In this document: positions 25,035 to 42,995 of the stretch, in pieces | How positions within the stretch are numbered: the stretch's first letter is position 1 | Layout of the letters: the number at the start of each line of letters is the position of its first letter | Source: Octopus vulgaris | Lineage: Eukaryota | Assembly: GCA_951406725.2 (NCBI GenBank) | Contig: OX597818.1 | Span: 6,386,001 to 6,450,000, forward strand | Direction of reading: 5' to 3' | DNA length: 64,000 nt | The notes under the pieces: model-generated | The model's input: only the letters and a program-made list of their open reading frames with translations | Told to the model about the DNA's origin: nothing | Database searches by the model: none | Program-made: the position numbers and the translations under genes

Positions 25035-28000
25035 TACATTCTTTGCTACCTTTGTTCAAATATTCCGATGAATGTGCTTCAGATTTCTAAGCCATAAAAC
25101 TAATGTGTCGATTTGGTCTATACTTCAGGAATTTAAAATCGATCCCAGTGCTATTATCATATATTCTGAGCCATTCTCTCGAATCTAAACATGAGAAAAC
25201 GTACAGAGCTTCAGTTTCGTAAGAAGGATAGTTTAAAATTTATGTGTACTTTTCCCTCAAGTACATATTTTTCAGATTATCAGAATCGCCGAGAAACAGA
25301 ACTACTTATCTAGACAGGTGCTGCTATTTAAATCTGGAGATGTTACAAAGAATGCATGCTGCAGGATATGCAAATTATTTTAGTCAGGAGAACGTGATGT
25401 AATTATTTTGTACATCTATTATCTGAACACTTCTTCAATATTTCTTCTGATTTATAATCATCACATACCTGGGAGATATAATGAAAACTAAGCTTGTGGA
25501 GAGATCGATAACAGCAAGCATACTAGCCTTGGTTGCTTTGAATTGTTTTCATCTCATTAGTACAATAAATCCCAACCAATTGGATATGAGAACATTTTGT
25601 AAATGAAACTAGCAAATTGCATGACATCATCAACAAATCCCATTATATGCACCTGTCCCCCTTCTCCCACTACCTCTACTGTATCTCAAGCCAACTCCAA
25701 ATACCAACCACCTCCAAAAGATGCCCTTGTAGATTCTTGAATCTTCTCGTCTAGAGCTTAATAAATTTCGGAATTATATTATACTAAACAACACTAATTC
25801 AAAAAGAAAAATCAAATACACCCATCTTCGAAGACTGTCAATAAAGGACGAGAGAGGGAGAGAGAATGAGAAAGACTGAGATAAGGTGAAAATGGTGGAG
25901 TGAGTGAGAGAGACAGACAGAGTGAGAGAAGGAGAGAGAGACACCCATTGAGCCAAAATTATAAAAAATACAGCTACCTGGTGTGGAAAAAGACATGATA
26001 AAAGACGCTGAAGATACAAGATTGAATCGCCATTATATAAATATCAGAGAAAGAAAATTCCAACATTTTCATGGCTAGCTAATATATAGTGTTTATCTGG
26101 CACACGTTACGCTTTTCTAAAACACAATTCATCAGCACAAATATATTTCCAAACCTTACAATTGTGATTTCATGAATATTTCGAACACAGTGCTTGCTTC
26201 ATTTTCGAATTCAATAACAGTAATGGTATGTTTATCTAGAGAAAGCCTCATTTTTCAATCACAATGTTTATGCTACATGTCACGTTTTATCGCCATGATG
26301 AATGTTATGTATTTATTTCTAAGGCCTTATTTGGACTTATCCGTTGAGAAAAGTATTGTAATTGAAAAAGTAAGGAATACCTTTGATTAGGAGAGTAGCA
26401 CATATAGCGTGGGAAATTTAATGTATCACCACCTGCTCTTCTGACTAACGGTTGATATGAAATACTGCTTATAATATACACATCATGATGTTAATTAAGA
26501 AGTAGTCTACTTTTTTCTTATTGGAATCTTACTCATTCTCCAAATTTGTATAATAATATTTTCTAATGTATACTCTTTATAATGCAAAATCAGCTGAAAT
26601 TGTGAAATGAAATTGTAAGTATATATATATATATATATGTATATATGTGTGTGTGTGTGTATTTGTATGTTTATACATATATACATATTTATATATGTGT
26701 GTGTGCGTGTGTGTGTGTGTGTGTATACACTTAGCAAAATTTCGGCCTGAATTGGCCAAGATATGCATAACTATCTGGAAAGGATATTTAATGATGTTTC
26801 GTATTACAGCCCTTCCTTGGGCACCTTAACCCATTCAAATACAGAGTTATTGTTTGCAGAATTATATTGTATAGGTGGTGGATTTAATATTTGTTGGAGA
26901 TTTTCATCCAAGTACCGCTAGAATGTTATAAGATCTTTTTCTTCTCATGTTCTTGGCATGATGTTAGCTGGAACAAATAAATGTTTTACTGCTGTGAGTT
27001 GAAACCAGCATGACTGTTGTTGAGAACGGATGGCAGGGAACCAACACTTGGGTACATTTTCAAGTTGACGTCAGCATCATTTAGGTAATACTGCAAGAAC
27101 TTTTTTCAGATCTTACAAATAATATAGCTCCCACAGTAGTGTTGGAGGGAAGAAGGTTTGACTTTCTTAAGAATATTCCAATAATTGAAACCTGTCATAT
27201 AAACTATTTTTCTTGCGATCGATTTCTGGGTTGCATCGATACACAGCCCGAAGATTTTACATGTGAGGATATCATCAACATTATAAGGAAATGGCAGTTA
27301 TATAAAAATGATATGGTTGTTAAAACTTCATATTCTCGGTTATGATCTCACCGAAATCATATTTAGCCTTAATCGTTCTGGTTATCGATAAATCTTGTAC
27401 CACGCATGTAACGAGGTCGATTTAATTGACTAAATAATTTGACCTCTCTTACATAGAATAATTGCAAGCTAATAATAGCTTCCTTTAAACATAATCTGGA
27501 TCAGGAGTAAATACTCTGATCTGAGCTCAACAGATATTAAACAGACAAAACCTCTTCCGAGAAATAAAAATTAACGAGTTGGAGCATTAATCAAGGTGTC
27601 TGTCTTCAACAGTAGCAATATTGGTGACATCAGCACACATACTTAAACTTGGTCAAAGTAAAAAGGCACGAACGAGGCAAACTCTATTGTTTGTAAGTGA
27701 AGGTTCAAACTAGAAAACGCAAATTATAAAGTATTTTAATGGAAGGATTGAGGCACAGCGATATCTTGCACATAAAACGGGAATTAGCCTGCCAGGAACA
27801 GACAAAGAAACGAGAAAGTGCAAAATACTTGTGTCGTGTTAAGGCCAAAAGAATGCCCTTATCTGAGAGAAGGAGAAATTGGTGACATGTGTTACGCACC
27901 CGCTGGAAGAAGTATCCTGTGTTGGAAAAGTGTCACTTAACATTTCATCTTCAACATACAGGATGTGGGGAAAGCGGAAGCCTAAATAAAATGTCATTTA

Positions 28001-30497
28001 CTATGATGGGTAAGCATGAAAATCATGGATCGCCAGGTCTGCCTCTGGTTCGTCGTTTCATGGCGAAATATTGGCAAATATTATAACCGACGTAATTTTC
28101 AACGATACAGGATTTGATGTGGTCATTATATTAGAAAACTATAAATTAACATCAACATGGTGCCATATAGTGTATAATGAGAGGAAAGCGTAAAACTTGC
28201 ACACCCAAATCAGTAAGTTTCTCCAAGTTACAGCAATATTATAATATTTATATGAATATATTTTAGAATTTTATCGAAATATATCGGCAGATTTTAGAAA
28301 CATAACTAAACTTAAGGAAAGTAATAAAAACTGCCATAAAGCACTCGAACGGTTACAACTTCCGTTAAAATGAGACATCGTGGTGAGGAAATATCTATAC
28401 GATATGAATGAATGATTATCTTTCACGAAGGCGATCCTCTTTCCGCTAAAGATTCCTTCTCCTATTATGAAAATGAATCCCTGTCCTTATTACTAGAAAT
28501 CTCTCTATCATAAGGAAATACGAATCGGAAAGGGAATGTGGTCAAGGTACAAGTGTAAATATGACGAAAAAATAAAGGATTCGTTTTATATCTACTTCCT
28601 GTTAAATGTTCACAGTATGAATAAGAAAATGCAAATGAGACGATTCTGTACTCGCAAGATTCTTATATGTTGATACTTATTTCCTAGTACAAACATCCCT
28701 TGTGTTATAGAAACATTCCTCACCTGAACTTCTAGATGGACAGGGAGTTCCGTAAGTCAAAAACGTGTACTTCTTTTGATTTTAAGCTCGTTGGGATCCA
28801 TGCAATAAGTAATCAAGGCGAAGATATATTTCGGTTGACAGTGCCCCATGTTACAATAAAAGTTTAATAGCGACACGCATCCGTAACGCGTTGGGTACTG
28901 TATAAATTCTTTGTTATATTTGTGTTTGTATGAATATGTATATTTTCACAAGAGCAGGAAAAGAGATAAAACAATTTTGTGTTTAAGAATTTTATTAATC
29001 ATTTACAGCGGCTGCTTTACAGTGAGACTCAGTATTTATAATACCGTGATATTTTTAATGCTACCTTCAAAATCTGGGATATTGTTTCTAATTTACCGGC
29101 AAGATGTGCAACCAATGCAAACGGATATTCTCTGGGGGAATTATCAAACATTCTTTACTGATATATATCACGCACATTGGCAAAGACAATTTTTCATTGA
29201 CGTGATAATGCTAATAAACTAATTCTCTTTTTCGTGACAGATATTATTTACTCATTCTACACATCATAGTTCTCGGCTGTTTACTTTCTTTCTTTCTTTC
29301 TCTTACTTGCTATTTGTTATTTCATATAACTGTTGTTTTCCTGTGTCATGGCAATGTGGAATCCTACTCTTCTATTCACTTCTAATTCTAAGGTAAGGTA
29401 CTATCATTAAAAAAGAGGAAAAAGCACGGTGCGTAGGTATTCTATTTGAGAAAGAATTTCAAACGATCTTCTGAACAATGACACTCTGTCAGAGATGTCC
29501 TGTTTACTGAAAAGTTGACCATTGTTGTGCTTTTCGAGTCACTGTTAATCTGATTCTAATTTCATTTTTCTTTTGTCACTTGTCATTTTTTTTGTCAGTT
29601 TTTTGTCATTTTTTCTTGTCACGAAATTAAGTTGATTATACAATTCTCTCAGTATATTAACTGTTCTCTTCTATTGCAAGGGAGAGAATCTTGCTCCCAT
29701 GTTTTTCACTGCAATAAGAAAAATATATGTACCTGCATATTGTTAAAACTCCTCTTTTTTTTTAAATCTTCTTTCCTATAGATTCTTTAACATTTACATA
29801 TAGCGATTCCAGTTTCTATGTGCACTATAATTTAGGCTGAATTACATTAAATTGAATTATTATTATTAACTTTCAAGAAGAAGAGGAAGGAAATATGAGG
29901 CATGAAAATATTTCTTAAGAATAAAATATCGTTCACAGTTCACTAGTATTAGAACTGACAGTAATAGCAGCAGGAGCCCCAATAGGAAGAGAGAGGGGCG
30001 TATAGATAAAGTTATATGTTTAAATGTTATACAAACAATCGACCTGTTTTTCATTTTGATTTTCTTTTTGCCAATATAACCTGTGCTATTTTACAAGTCT
30101 GGCGGCAATTATATCGTAAAATTCCGTCAGTTCAATGAAGAAGCTTATTTTCAACAATATTTTAGTGTTCCCTTGAGGGCGTCGTCGCCTATTGATAATC
30201 TCTTCTAGTCGCACGGCTGAAATTTTTGAATTAATCTCCCAGCATACGAAACACTCGTCCATTTTTTTTTCTGTTGGAGTGAGGAATAAAACTATATTCA
30301 TGAATAAGTTTAGAATTTGTTCCTTTCATTTTTTTCTTTCAAACGTCCTTAACGTTTGTATATAGCTATTTTAGCCAGCAGGAAAGAGTATGGATCTGTT
30401 ACTTTGAATGAAGCTATTATTAAATGTACAGAAGTATAAGGAGGGCTTATAGGGAAGAATGTAATGAAAGTATTTATGTATTACGGTATAATCGGCC

Positions 30498-30565
<68 letters not shown>
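30498..30565. repeat. (GTA)n microsatellite
   Basis: Seen directly. Confidence 0.95.
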
Positions 30566-30790
30566 CAAGCTATTTTTGAAATTTACATAGATGTGAATAC
30601 GTGGGTTGTTGTTTTATGTAACTGATAAACAATATTGTTTTAAATTAATAACAGTTGCTAAATTGTCAATTTCCTAATAATAATTTGATAAGCTTTAATA
30701 TAAATATTTATTTCACCTAATTAAGGACCATTCTTTCTGGAGGTGGAGTAACTTCATAAAACATTATTACGTTGATAATATATTTATCAT

Positions 30791-30997
30791 GAAAGGCGGT
30801 AGCTGGCAGAAACGTTAGCAAGCCAGGCGAAATGCTTACCGGTATGTCGTCTGTCTTTACGTTGTGAGTTCAAATTCCGCCGAGGTTGACTTTGCCTTTC
30901 GGGTTCGATAAATTAAGTACCAATTGCGTACTGGAGTCGATCAAATCGACTGGCACTCCCCATAAACATTTCGGGCCTTGTGTCTAGAGTAGAAAAG
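30791..30997 (+). mobile_element. SINE (GGCGG..AGCTGGCAGAA head; RTE-related central domain) with 14-bp TSD
   Basis: TSD AATATATTTATCAT at 30777-30790 and 30998-31011. B-box-like GAGTTCAAATTCC and a CCGAGGTTGACTTTGCCTTTC domain. Confidence 0.85.
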
Positions 30998-31883
30998 AAT
31001 ATATTTATCATAAATTTCACAAGAGTTTTAATCATAGTCCGTAGAAAATCATCGAACTCATGGCGTGTAGTACCCACAAAAAAATAAATAAATAAAAAAT
31101 GAAGACAGCTATTTCACATCTTTAATATCTTTTAAGTTGCTTGCCACAATTACTGGTACCTCAGACGAGTTAAAAAGGGGAAGGAAGCATGTATTTCATT
31201 TCTGGTGCTATGTAATTGGTGAATGAAAACTGCAACTTTTGTTATTCTCAAAACGAAAACCAAGTCCGACAGTGTCCAGTTGTTGGCTAATTGCAAGTAA
31301 TTACGAATCAGTGTACTAACATGATCTCTAAAAATTTAGTTCCAATTCATTCTGCTATATTCCGCAACATATTATTTTATTAATATCACATTCAGAACTT
31401 GTGTGGTTCACAGTTTTGTAAAGTGATTTCACAACGGCAACATGTGATTTCAGACGAACATAATAATCATACAATCATATAAAGGACCTTTTAACATTTC
31501 GATTTCGAATCCTACCAAAATTAGTCAGTGTTTATTCTTTGGCATTAGTCAAATATTATATTCGAATTAGCTGGCATTGCTTACCATCGAACATTTGAAT
31601 GCACAAAGAGTCATCACTCATTCATTCTTTCGCAGGATATCCAAGATATGAGGTATAAAATGTTTGTATTATTTGCAACAGAAAGAGGTCGCTAAATACC
31701 TTCAAGGGTATGATGCGCGTGCTCAACTAGGCAGCGTCGACGTTTACCACAGAAGAATAGCTACATTCCATCCACTGTGACCTAGAACAGTTTCTATATC
31801 CCAGTTACAGTGATTAGGATTATGCTGGCTTCTCAATAGATCACACCACAAAAATAGTAAAATTATGCCAATTTTAGAATACA

Positions 31884-35342
<3,459 letters not shown>

Positions 35343-35796
35343 TTAATGGACGAATATAAATGTTTGAAAGTGATCGGAAAGTCTTATATTCCGCAACTTT
35401 TTTATATTTCCAATCAAGTTTCCATTATTCCAGTTAAAATATAATCAAATCAATTTCTTTACAAAATTTTATTTATCTTTCCATGTAAAAATCGACTTAT
35501 AAAAAGTACAGAAAGTTATTAAAATAAGACATTGACATATGAGAGCAAGTTTTAAAAGATAAATATCTACTAAAAAAAGATAGTTGCTATATAGGAATAT
35601 ATGGACAGAATTTTCACCAGTACAGTATTTTATGTATGGTATAAAATAACATACCTGCCTACAACTCAATACATCACTTGAAATATTGTTTACTGAGACA
35701 CATTACTTACTTTGAGAAATATATATCTAACATACATTAGATAAATGCAACCTGCTTATGAAATTTCAATAAAGCTTTTCATATTTGTCAATTATG

Positions 35797-35997
35797 AAGG
35801 CAGCAAACTGGCACACCAGGAAAAATGCTTATCCGTATTTCGTCTGTCTTTACGTTCTGGTTTCAAATTCCGCCGAGGTCAGCTTTGCCTTTCATTCTTC
35901 GGGATCGATAAAATGAGTACCAGTTGAGCACTGAAGTCGATTTATTCGATTTAGACCGTCCCCGAAAATTGCTGGCCTTGTGCTAAAATTTGAGACA
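35797..35997 (+). mobile_element. SINE, same family as 30791
   Basis: CAAATTCCGCCGAGGTCAGCTTTGCCTTTCAT...GATAAAATGAGTACCAG; TCAATTAT occurs on both flanks. Confidence 0.8.
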
Positions 35998-36081
35998 AAT
36001 ATTCAATTATAAATAATTTACACGACGCACCTGTTTCTTCTTTCAACAACAGTTTATACTCCTTTTCATTTTCCATATATT

Positions 36082-36357
36082 CTTTTCTACTCTAGGCATA
36101 AGGACCAGAAATTTTGTGAGGAGGGGTCCAGTCGAGTAGATCGACCCCAGTATGCAAATGTCACTTAATTTATCGAACCCGAACAGAATTCCTCGACGGA
36201 ATTTGAGCTCAGAACATAAAGACAAATGAAATACCTATTTCTTTACTACCCACAGGGGGCTAAACACAGAGAGAACAAACAAGGCCAGACAAACGGATTA
36301 AGTCGATTACATCGACCCCAGTGCGTGCTAACGTTTCTGCCAGCTCGCCGCTTTTTT
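36082..36357 (-). mobile_element. Rearranged SINE, same family, with 14-bp TSD
   Basis: TSD ATTTTCCATATATT at 36068-36081 and 36358-36371; the head GGCGAGCTGGCAGAAACGTTAGCACG is on the minus strand. Confidence 0.8.
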
Positions 36358-38639
36358 ATTTTCCATATATTGAATAAATCCACACTCCTTTCCTGTTCGT
36401 AATTTGAGACTATTATTGAACGGGATTTTAGCTTAGCACAACATTAATATCTTGTACTTCTAGTGATTTTCTTTTTTACCATATATTTTGCAGTTGTCGT
36501 TTACTAATTTTCTCGTAGTATTAAGATTGATTTCTACTTCTCATCTGATTGAATGTGTGTCTTTTATTGATGGATAAAAATAAACTTACCTTCAGCAAGT
36601 ACTTTCAATGATAGACTGTATCTGAGTACAAGACGGGTTCATATTCTAAATATATATACGTATATTTTGGCCTGGAAAACTTTAAGTTGAAAATTGATTG
36701 TTTTGTTACCTTCAGGCCACAACTATTCTACCCAACGGCAATTTTCTACTGATTTAGTTTTCTTGTTTTCCTTCACCTCTTCTACTTTTATAACTTTATT
36801 CTTTCCAATTCCTTGTAATCATGGCAAATCATTTTTTGCAGTCGCAATCTTCTTCAACTTATAAAAATGCAATTTGGTTATTTATGCCATGTGCACACAT
36901 AATTTTCTCTACTATTTTCTTAAATCACCGTCATTAGAGCAGAGCTATACAAATATAATGTATTGAAGATGTTGTCGACGGAGATAAATTTAGCTATTTA
37001 GCTACTTATTCACATATTTTTGCAGATGTCTCATTTCCTGCTGCTTGTCTCGTTCATGTTGCTGGTCGGTTCTTACCTCATGCTCTCAATAACGTATAAT
37101 TTCTCAACCTTTAAATGATGTAATTATAAGTTTCCAACGGCTATGCACCATTACCTTAAAACATATGTCCATTTAGCAACATCTATTAATATTCAATATC
37201 TTTGGAAAAGAAGTAGCAAAACTCATCTTAGACGGAAGACCGCAAAACATTACATTCCTTTCCCCTGTAGTAGATTTCCTCGTAAATATTTACTCTATGC
37301 ATTTTGCGTGCTCCCATGTTATACACAGACACACACATATATATATAATATATTTACATCCATATACACATACATACACCCACCCACACACCCACAAACA
37401 CACACATATATACAGACACGTAAGTACATTTATTTATGAATATATATATATATATATATGTATGTGTGCATGAGGCAGATCTAGGTTCATTATTCACATT
37501 CGAAATCAAATGCCAAGTGGATTTATTAATATAGCTGTATGGTCTTATTCGCCTAACGACACCCAATACTGACCTTGACTGTTTGTAATGGGGAGGCAAA
37601 TTGGAATTCCATTTCCTATTTTGTAATTTCTTCCTTCATTACATTTACGGTGTGTTTAGAAATAGATAATTTATACTATATTTTAGCTTAACGAGGAATT
37701 TTATATTTTACCTAACTGCTATTCGTTATTACATTCTCATTTCCTTTCACCGCAAACCAATGTTCTTTTAAGAGAAAATATAATGAGAAAATTTAATTTC
37801 CGTTAGATATATAATTTTACTTGACCTCCTGAACATAACGTGAGAGGAAGCACCACGTGATCTCTACTTGTTTTATAACTGTTATAGACTCAGGTCTTTC
37901 GTTTTTTTCTGCAGTCTTTCGATTTTGCACTTTTGCTTTAATATCTCTCAATTTACAAACCTTCTAAATCCGTCAGATTGTAGTATAATTTTAAACCAGG
38001 GCTGCCTTTACTGGCAACAAAGATATATATTGCGTTCCGTTAATTATTTAAAATATTATAGGTCCTCACAACACTGAATTAGCAAGATTTCCACATCTTC
38101 CATGCTTAATAGCATAAGGATTGGCACTATGTTACAAGACTCGTTAACAAACACAGTGCACATATTGCATATATCTTATACGTATATATATATATGATAT
38201 GGTTAAAATAGTGGAGTCATTAGATTGTCGATCAAAAACCTACCGATATCTGTTTCAGTACTCTCCATTCAGATAAATCTAACCGGGTGCAACTTTACAT
38301 CCTTCCATCCCTAGAACTGTAGACTTTGCTGTAGAGGGGCCTATAGTTTGAAGCACATAATCTGCAAGTTTTGATCTTCAGCCATATACTGAAAATAAAG
38401 AGGTGGCAAAAAGAGCAAGTTTACAACAATAATAAGAGCAACAGTAGTCATTGCACTCTCCCATAGCAATAGGTTGTAGCTTTTTTCATTTTTAATGTCA
38501 TCAAGTTTTACTAAATGTCCAAAGGTGTAGAAGTTGAAACTAGATGATTTTGCTCTGCCCTGCCTTTCCTTTCTGCGTTCACAGTAGCACACTGAACCAG
38601 TATAATCTGTGTTTCAAGGGGTCCTTTAGGACTTTATTG

Positions 38640-39690
38640 TCACTTTTCTGACAACCATCCCATACACAAACTGAAAGCTGAGAACATGCCTGGTGTCAAC
38701 CTCGATGCTGATTCAAATAACTGTCTTTATTGAATCCCTTTGCTCTAAATTCATGGTTATTAACATGCGAGCAGTCAGTAGTTTCGTTTCCCAAACTGAT
38801 TCAGGTCGTAGCATGTGCTCTGATCTGCTTTAATCTGGTGATATTGTCCCACATAACTGACAGACAATCTTTCAGTTGTTCTTCTCAGAGGAATTGAAAA
38901 CACAAGAAGAAAATTTGGAGTCAACTTCAATATCTTGACGAGGAATATAAGTTGCTGGTCCAGTAAATTAAAAGCTGCAATCCAACGGGTTCTCGGCAGA
39001 AAGAATCTGAGACAAAGAAATGGAATACGATGATGAGCATGAAATACCACTTTGAGTATTCTGTTCTCTGTAAAGTGAACAGACAGCATCTAGGACATGA
39101 CTTCAATAATTATACACTGAAGAAATTGATGCCGGTTGCAGGACTGAAGAAATATTTAAGAAGATGCAGGAGAGAGCTGAAACTGTATATGTCAGCGATA
39201 ACGGCGCTTAAGAACAAGGATGGGCTAATGGTGACATACAAAGGGAAGATAGAGGAGGTATGCAAAATATTTTACACCCAAATTTTTAAAACCTCAGTGA
39301 TGCTCCACCCCATATCACGACATATGCTGGAAGGGCTGCCATCTATTCTGATCAGTGAAACTGAAAATGCTCTCAAACTGATGAAAAGTGACAAAGCTCC
39401 TGGGAAAGATAGTATTACAACAGAGTTGTTAAGAATCGGAGGTGAAGAACTGCAGAAAATCTTCGCCTCAATATGGAAAGGATCAAATAACATTCTGCTT
39501 TATAAGAGTGATAAAGAAGATTTTAAAATCTAATGCTTTTTGTGCCTCTTGTCTCACCTCTATAATGTGTTTACAAAGATCATAGCAAAAGTTATTGACG
39601 ACAAACAGCCAAGAGAGCAAGCAGGTTTCCATAAGAATAATATTACGATAAATCACATATTCACTCTAACACAACTCATAAAACCGGTAG
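38640..39690 (+). mobile_element. RTE-clade LINE fragment (N-terminal RT region)
   Basis: ETENALKLMKSDKAPGKDSITTELL, LLSHLYNVFTKII, DDKQPREQAGF and NHIFTLTQL. Confidence 0.85.
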
Positions 39691-39749
39691 AAATATGATG
39701 TTCTATTCAAGATTGGTTTCAGTTTCTATATCAATGCCAAGAACTTCCT

Positions 39750-40330
39750 TTACTTGATTCCGAATGCTCGACCGATATTCAAACCAAAAATATCAGTACC
39801 ACTCGCGACTCTGGCAACCAATGAGGCTAAACCGAAACGCCTGGAGGAGGTCCTGCAATCGGTAAACTTTTCAATGTTGTCGGTACAAACTGTGGTCGTT
39901 AGAAACGCAAACAGAAGCGATCATGTCTATACCGATTACTTCAACGATCTAAATGAAGCATTGCAGAAGTATGAGTACTCATTGCGCCTATCTGATGCTA
40001 TTTTCACCAAGAAGAATAGCGGTGCCTATTTTGCAAATTTGGGTCTCATAAATATGCATACTTTCAGGTTGAAGTTCCGAAATAGTACAGGCATTAGGTA
40101 ACAATTAATACTGATAGTAGGCTCTGCCAATATACCTGCCTACCTATCGGATATTAAAGCGTGCCCACAATTTTCCAGCAATTCATTGACATCATGCTGA
40201 TTACAGTTGAAGAATTTACTGATATAATTATCGCGGGTGCAACGAAAGAGGCATTGCAGCTTAGAGTCTATAGTGTCATACAACAGTCATAAGATTATGG
40301 TTTTAGGTTGAAGACAGAAAAGGGCGAGAG
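39750..40330 (+). mobile_element. Ty3/Gypsy pol (RT) remnant
   Basis: PNARPIFKPK..VP, VVVRNAN, LNEALQKYEYSL and IFTKKNSGAYFANL match a decayed Gypsy RT N-terminus (PVFRPKRPVP...IVVVKKANG...LNEAL...FAKLNGG). Confidence 0.8.
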
Positions 40331-40399
40331 CACCTCTATGCAACTTTGCAGCCTCTATACAAATTGACCTGTTGCTTCCAATGTTGTATACTGTTACTT

Positions 40400-41090
40400 G
40401 ACTAGTTTTACATTCCTAAGAGTCCCTCCTTCCAGCAAGGTATAAAAGATGGCTTTCTCTCGGCCAATTTCTATGTGAGATTGGTGGCCAAGCGCGTCAG
40501 CTCGTGCTAGTTAGTTTACACTTGGTGATCTGAGTTAGGCAGTGATATTTTAAGCGCACCAACCGTCTAGTGCTCCATATCTGTATTTGACTGCATAGAC
40601 CTTCGAGAATTTCACTTCTATCAGCGGAAAGATGGGAACATCTGAGCCGGCTCTTCCATCGCCTTTCTTTCATCAGATAGCCCCAAACAATTGAAATATT
40701 CCTCCCAGATAACATTATAAGGAAACCCTCTAAACACCTGAAGAAATCAGGCTGCTATACATTTGAAGGCCATAAAGTACTAGTCTAAATATACCCCCAT
40801 TCCTGTTGTTTACATCCAGTATCTTCTACTTAACTTCTGGGTTCAAGAATATAGTCCGCATCTTGAGATCCAGGAGCTTTTGAAACAACACAGGAAATTA
40901 AAATCCCAGTTCCGTTCGCTTAATGATATGAACACTTCTTACATGAATGCTTGTAGCCCAGAATCTCAGGTCTCGCCCACAGTTCCTAGAACTATACCTA
41001 GTGACAGGCCAATGAGCCTGTCGCTTGTTTCCAATGTTGACGCTAGACCACATGCATTTATACTACCTATTGTAAGGCTTTGTTAGAAGG
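40400..41090 (-). mobile_element. L1/Tx1-like LINE APE endonuclease remnant
   Basis: Minus strand gives LTIGSINACGL, QPDFFRCLEGFL and a terminal SDH motif. Confidence 0.6.
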
Positions 41091-42865
41091 AGAAGAGTAA
41101 ATGAAAAACATTTGATAACATTTCTATGAATCAGAATAACATTAGTTACTCTAATATATTTATTGTTTTGTGATGCTTGCCTGTAGGAGTGTGGCCCCGT
41201 AGACTTCATTGCTCGGGGTTATGACAATGTAGTTAATAATTTGTTGTTTTATGTTCGACCTGGTCGTGTTCTGACTGTTGGTATTTGGTTGTCCTTGTGC
41301 ACGTAATGCTGCTTTGGTAATAAAGGCTATGATCATTTTGATATTACTGGCGTAGATGCTGCTGGGTTTGGTGTCAGTGCATCGCGGCACAAATCTATCT
41401 TCGTCTTTTGTTTATTTGGTCACTTTTCGTTTTTGGAATGCTTAGTCACTTTCAAATTCTTTATATTAATTACGTTCTGCTATTAAGATGTCCCACAGTC
41501 TCATTTGTCTTACATCAACGTTAGTGTAAGTCGTAGTGGGTCAAGTCCCGCAGCAGAGGGCGAATTTGTGGTTTTCTATTTTCTATATATTTGTTGTTAT
41601 TTTGTGTTTCGTGCCTTTTCACTGCAGTATATCTTCTGTTATTTTTGTTGTTTTTGCTTCAACTGTTGGTGCTGTTCTTGATGTTATTGTAGATGTTCCT
41701 TCCAATTTTGAAACTGATGCTGCAATAAGTACTGATGCGGCTTGTCGCTGCTGTACTGCTGCCTTAGCAACTGCTAGGTTTACTGTTGCAGTTGCTGCCA
41801 TAAGTGCGCCGGTTGCAGTAAGGTTGCATGTAATGTTTTAGGTTACGTATTTTTGCTGTTAGTGTTCTTGCTGTTATGATGATGATGTCAGCGGTAGATC
41901 ATGTCGTTTTCCTCTCCTTTTCTGGTGCGCCACCACGCAGGAGAAGTCTTAGCTCTTTGACCTAATGGCCACGACAGTACCAGGTATTGTGATCAGAGCC
42001 TATAAGGTTTTCATATTTTCTCAAATTAGTTTGGATCAATTGCTCGATCCTTTGGCCTGAACAAATTTGTTTCTGTACCGTGTATGAAATGTTTAATTCT
42101 AGAGGCACGCCAACCAACTTTATTTTACCTGTCTTACATTTCTTCAACCAAGGTACAATTGATATAATAATATCTTTCTCAATGCTTACGATTGTTGCGG
42201 AGTATCTCCTTGCCTCATATTGTGTTGAAAACCTCTCCTCTATTTTGTCGTATCCCCGCCACCAGTGCCATAAGATTTCGTCAAAACATTGACTTGGCTC
42301 GCTTTTCTATTTGCTGCTGTATCTCTTGTTCTAGTTGCTAGTCTTCTATGCTATTTATAAATGATAATTTTGGGAATTCATTCTGGTATATTTAACACTA
42401 TGTTTCTGTATTCATAAATATTTTCAGTTTTGCGTGGACAAAATATTTTTTCCTCCAATCGCACACCAACTCGCGAGACAAGTAATTTTTTAATCCTGAT
42501 TGATGAATTTTAATTGTTGGTTGTTTGGTGGTGATGGAGGTGTAATTTGTATGTGGGTTGAAGAAACTATTTAATTTTCACTTCTCCATTTCTTTTTTCC
42601 ATTGTTGCTATTGTTTTCATTTTGACTGATATTGTTGTTAGTGGTTTTCCATTAGAGATGATCAAATATCACAGAAATAACTTTAAAAATTCCGTCATGA
42701 ATATTGAAACTACAAAGAAGATTAGCATGTCCTTAGAATCTTTGGGACTTTACATAAGAGAGAGAGGGGGAGAGAAACAGAGAGAGACAGACTAGAAAGA
42801 GAAGAAATTTTGAGACCCGATTGAAACTTATTATCAGTTCCAGCATCATGTTGCTGATAGTATAA

Positions 42866-42995
42866 AATCAACAACAATGGTAACAACAACAACAACAACA
42901 ACAACAGCAGCAACAGCAACAACAACCACACCACCACCAACACCAACAACAACAACAACAACAACAATAATAATAATAATATCATGATCATCATA
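42866..42995. repeat. (CAA/CAG/CAC/TAA)n compound microsatellite
   Basis: Seen directly. Confidence 0.93.

Noticed and set aside
26400-28100. Higher-complexity, coding-like stretch
   Set aside because: No motif could be confidently recognised by hand; probably an old TE remnant and needs tBLASTx.
36590-36671. Minus-strand exon candidate with AAG|GTAAGT donor
   Set aside because: Stops in all three frames with either acceptor; no supporting neighbouring exon.
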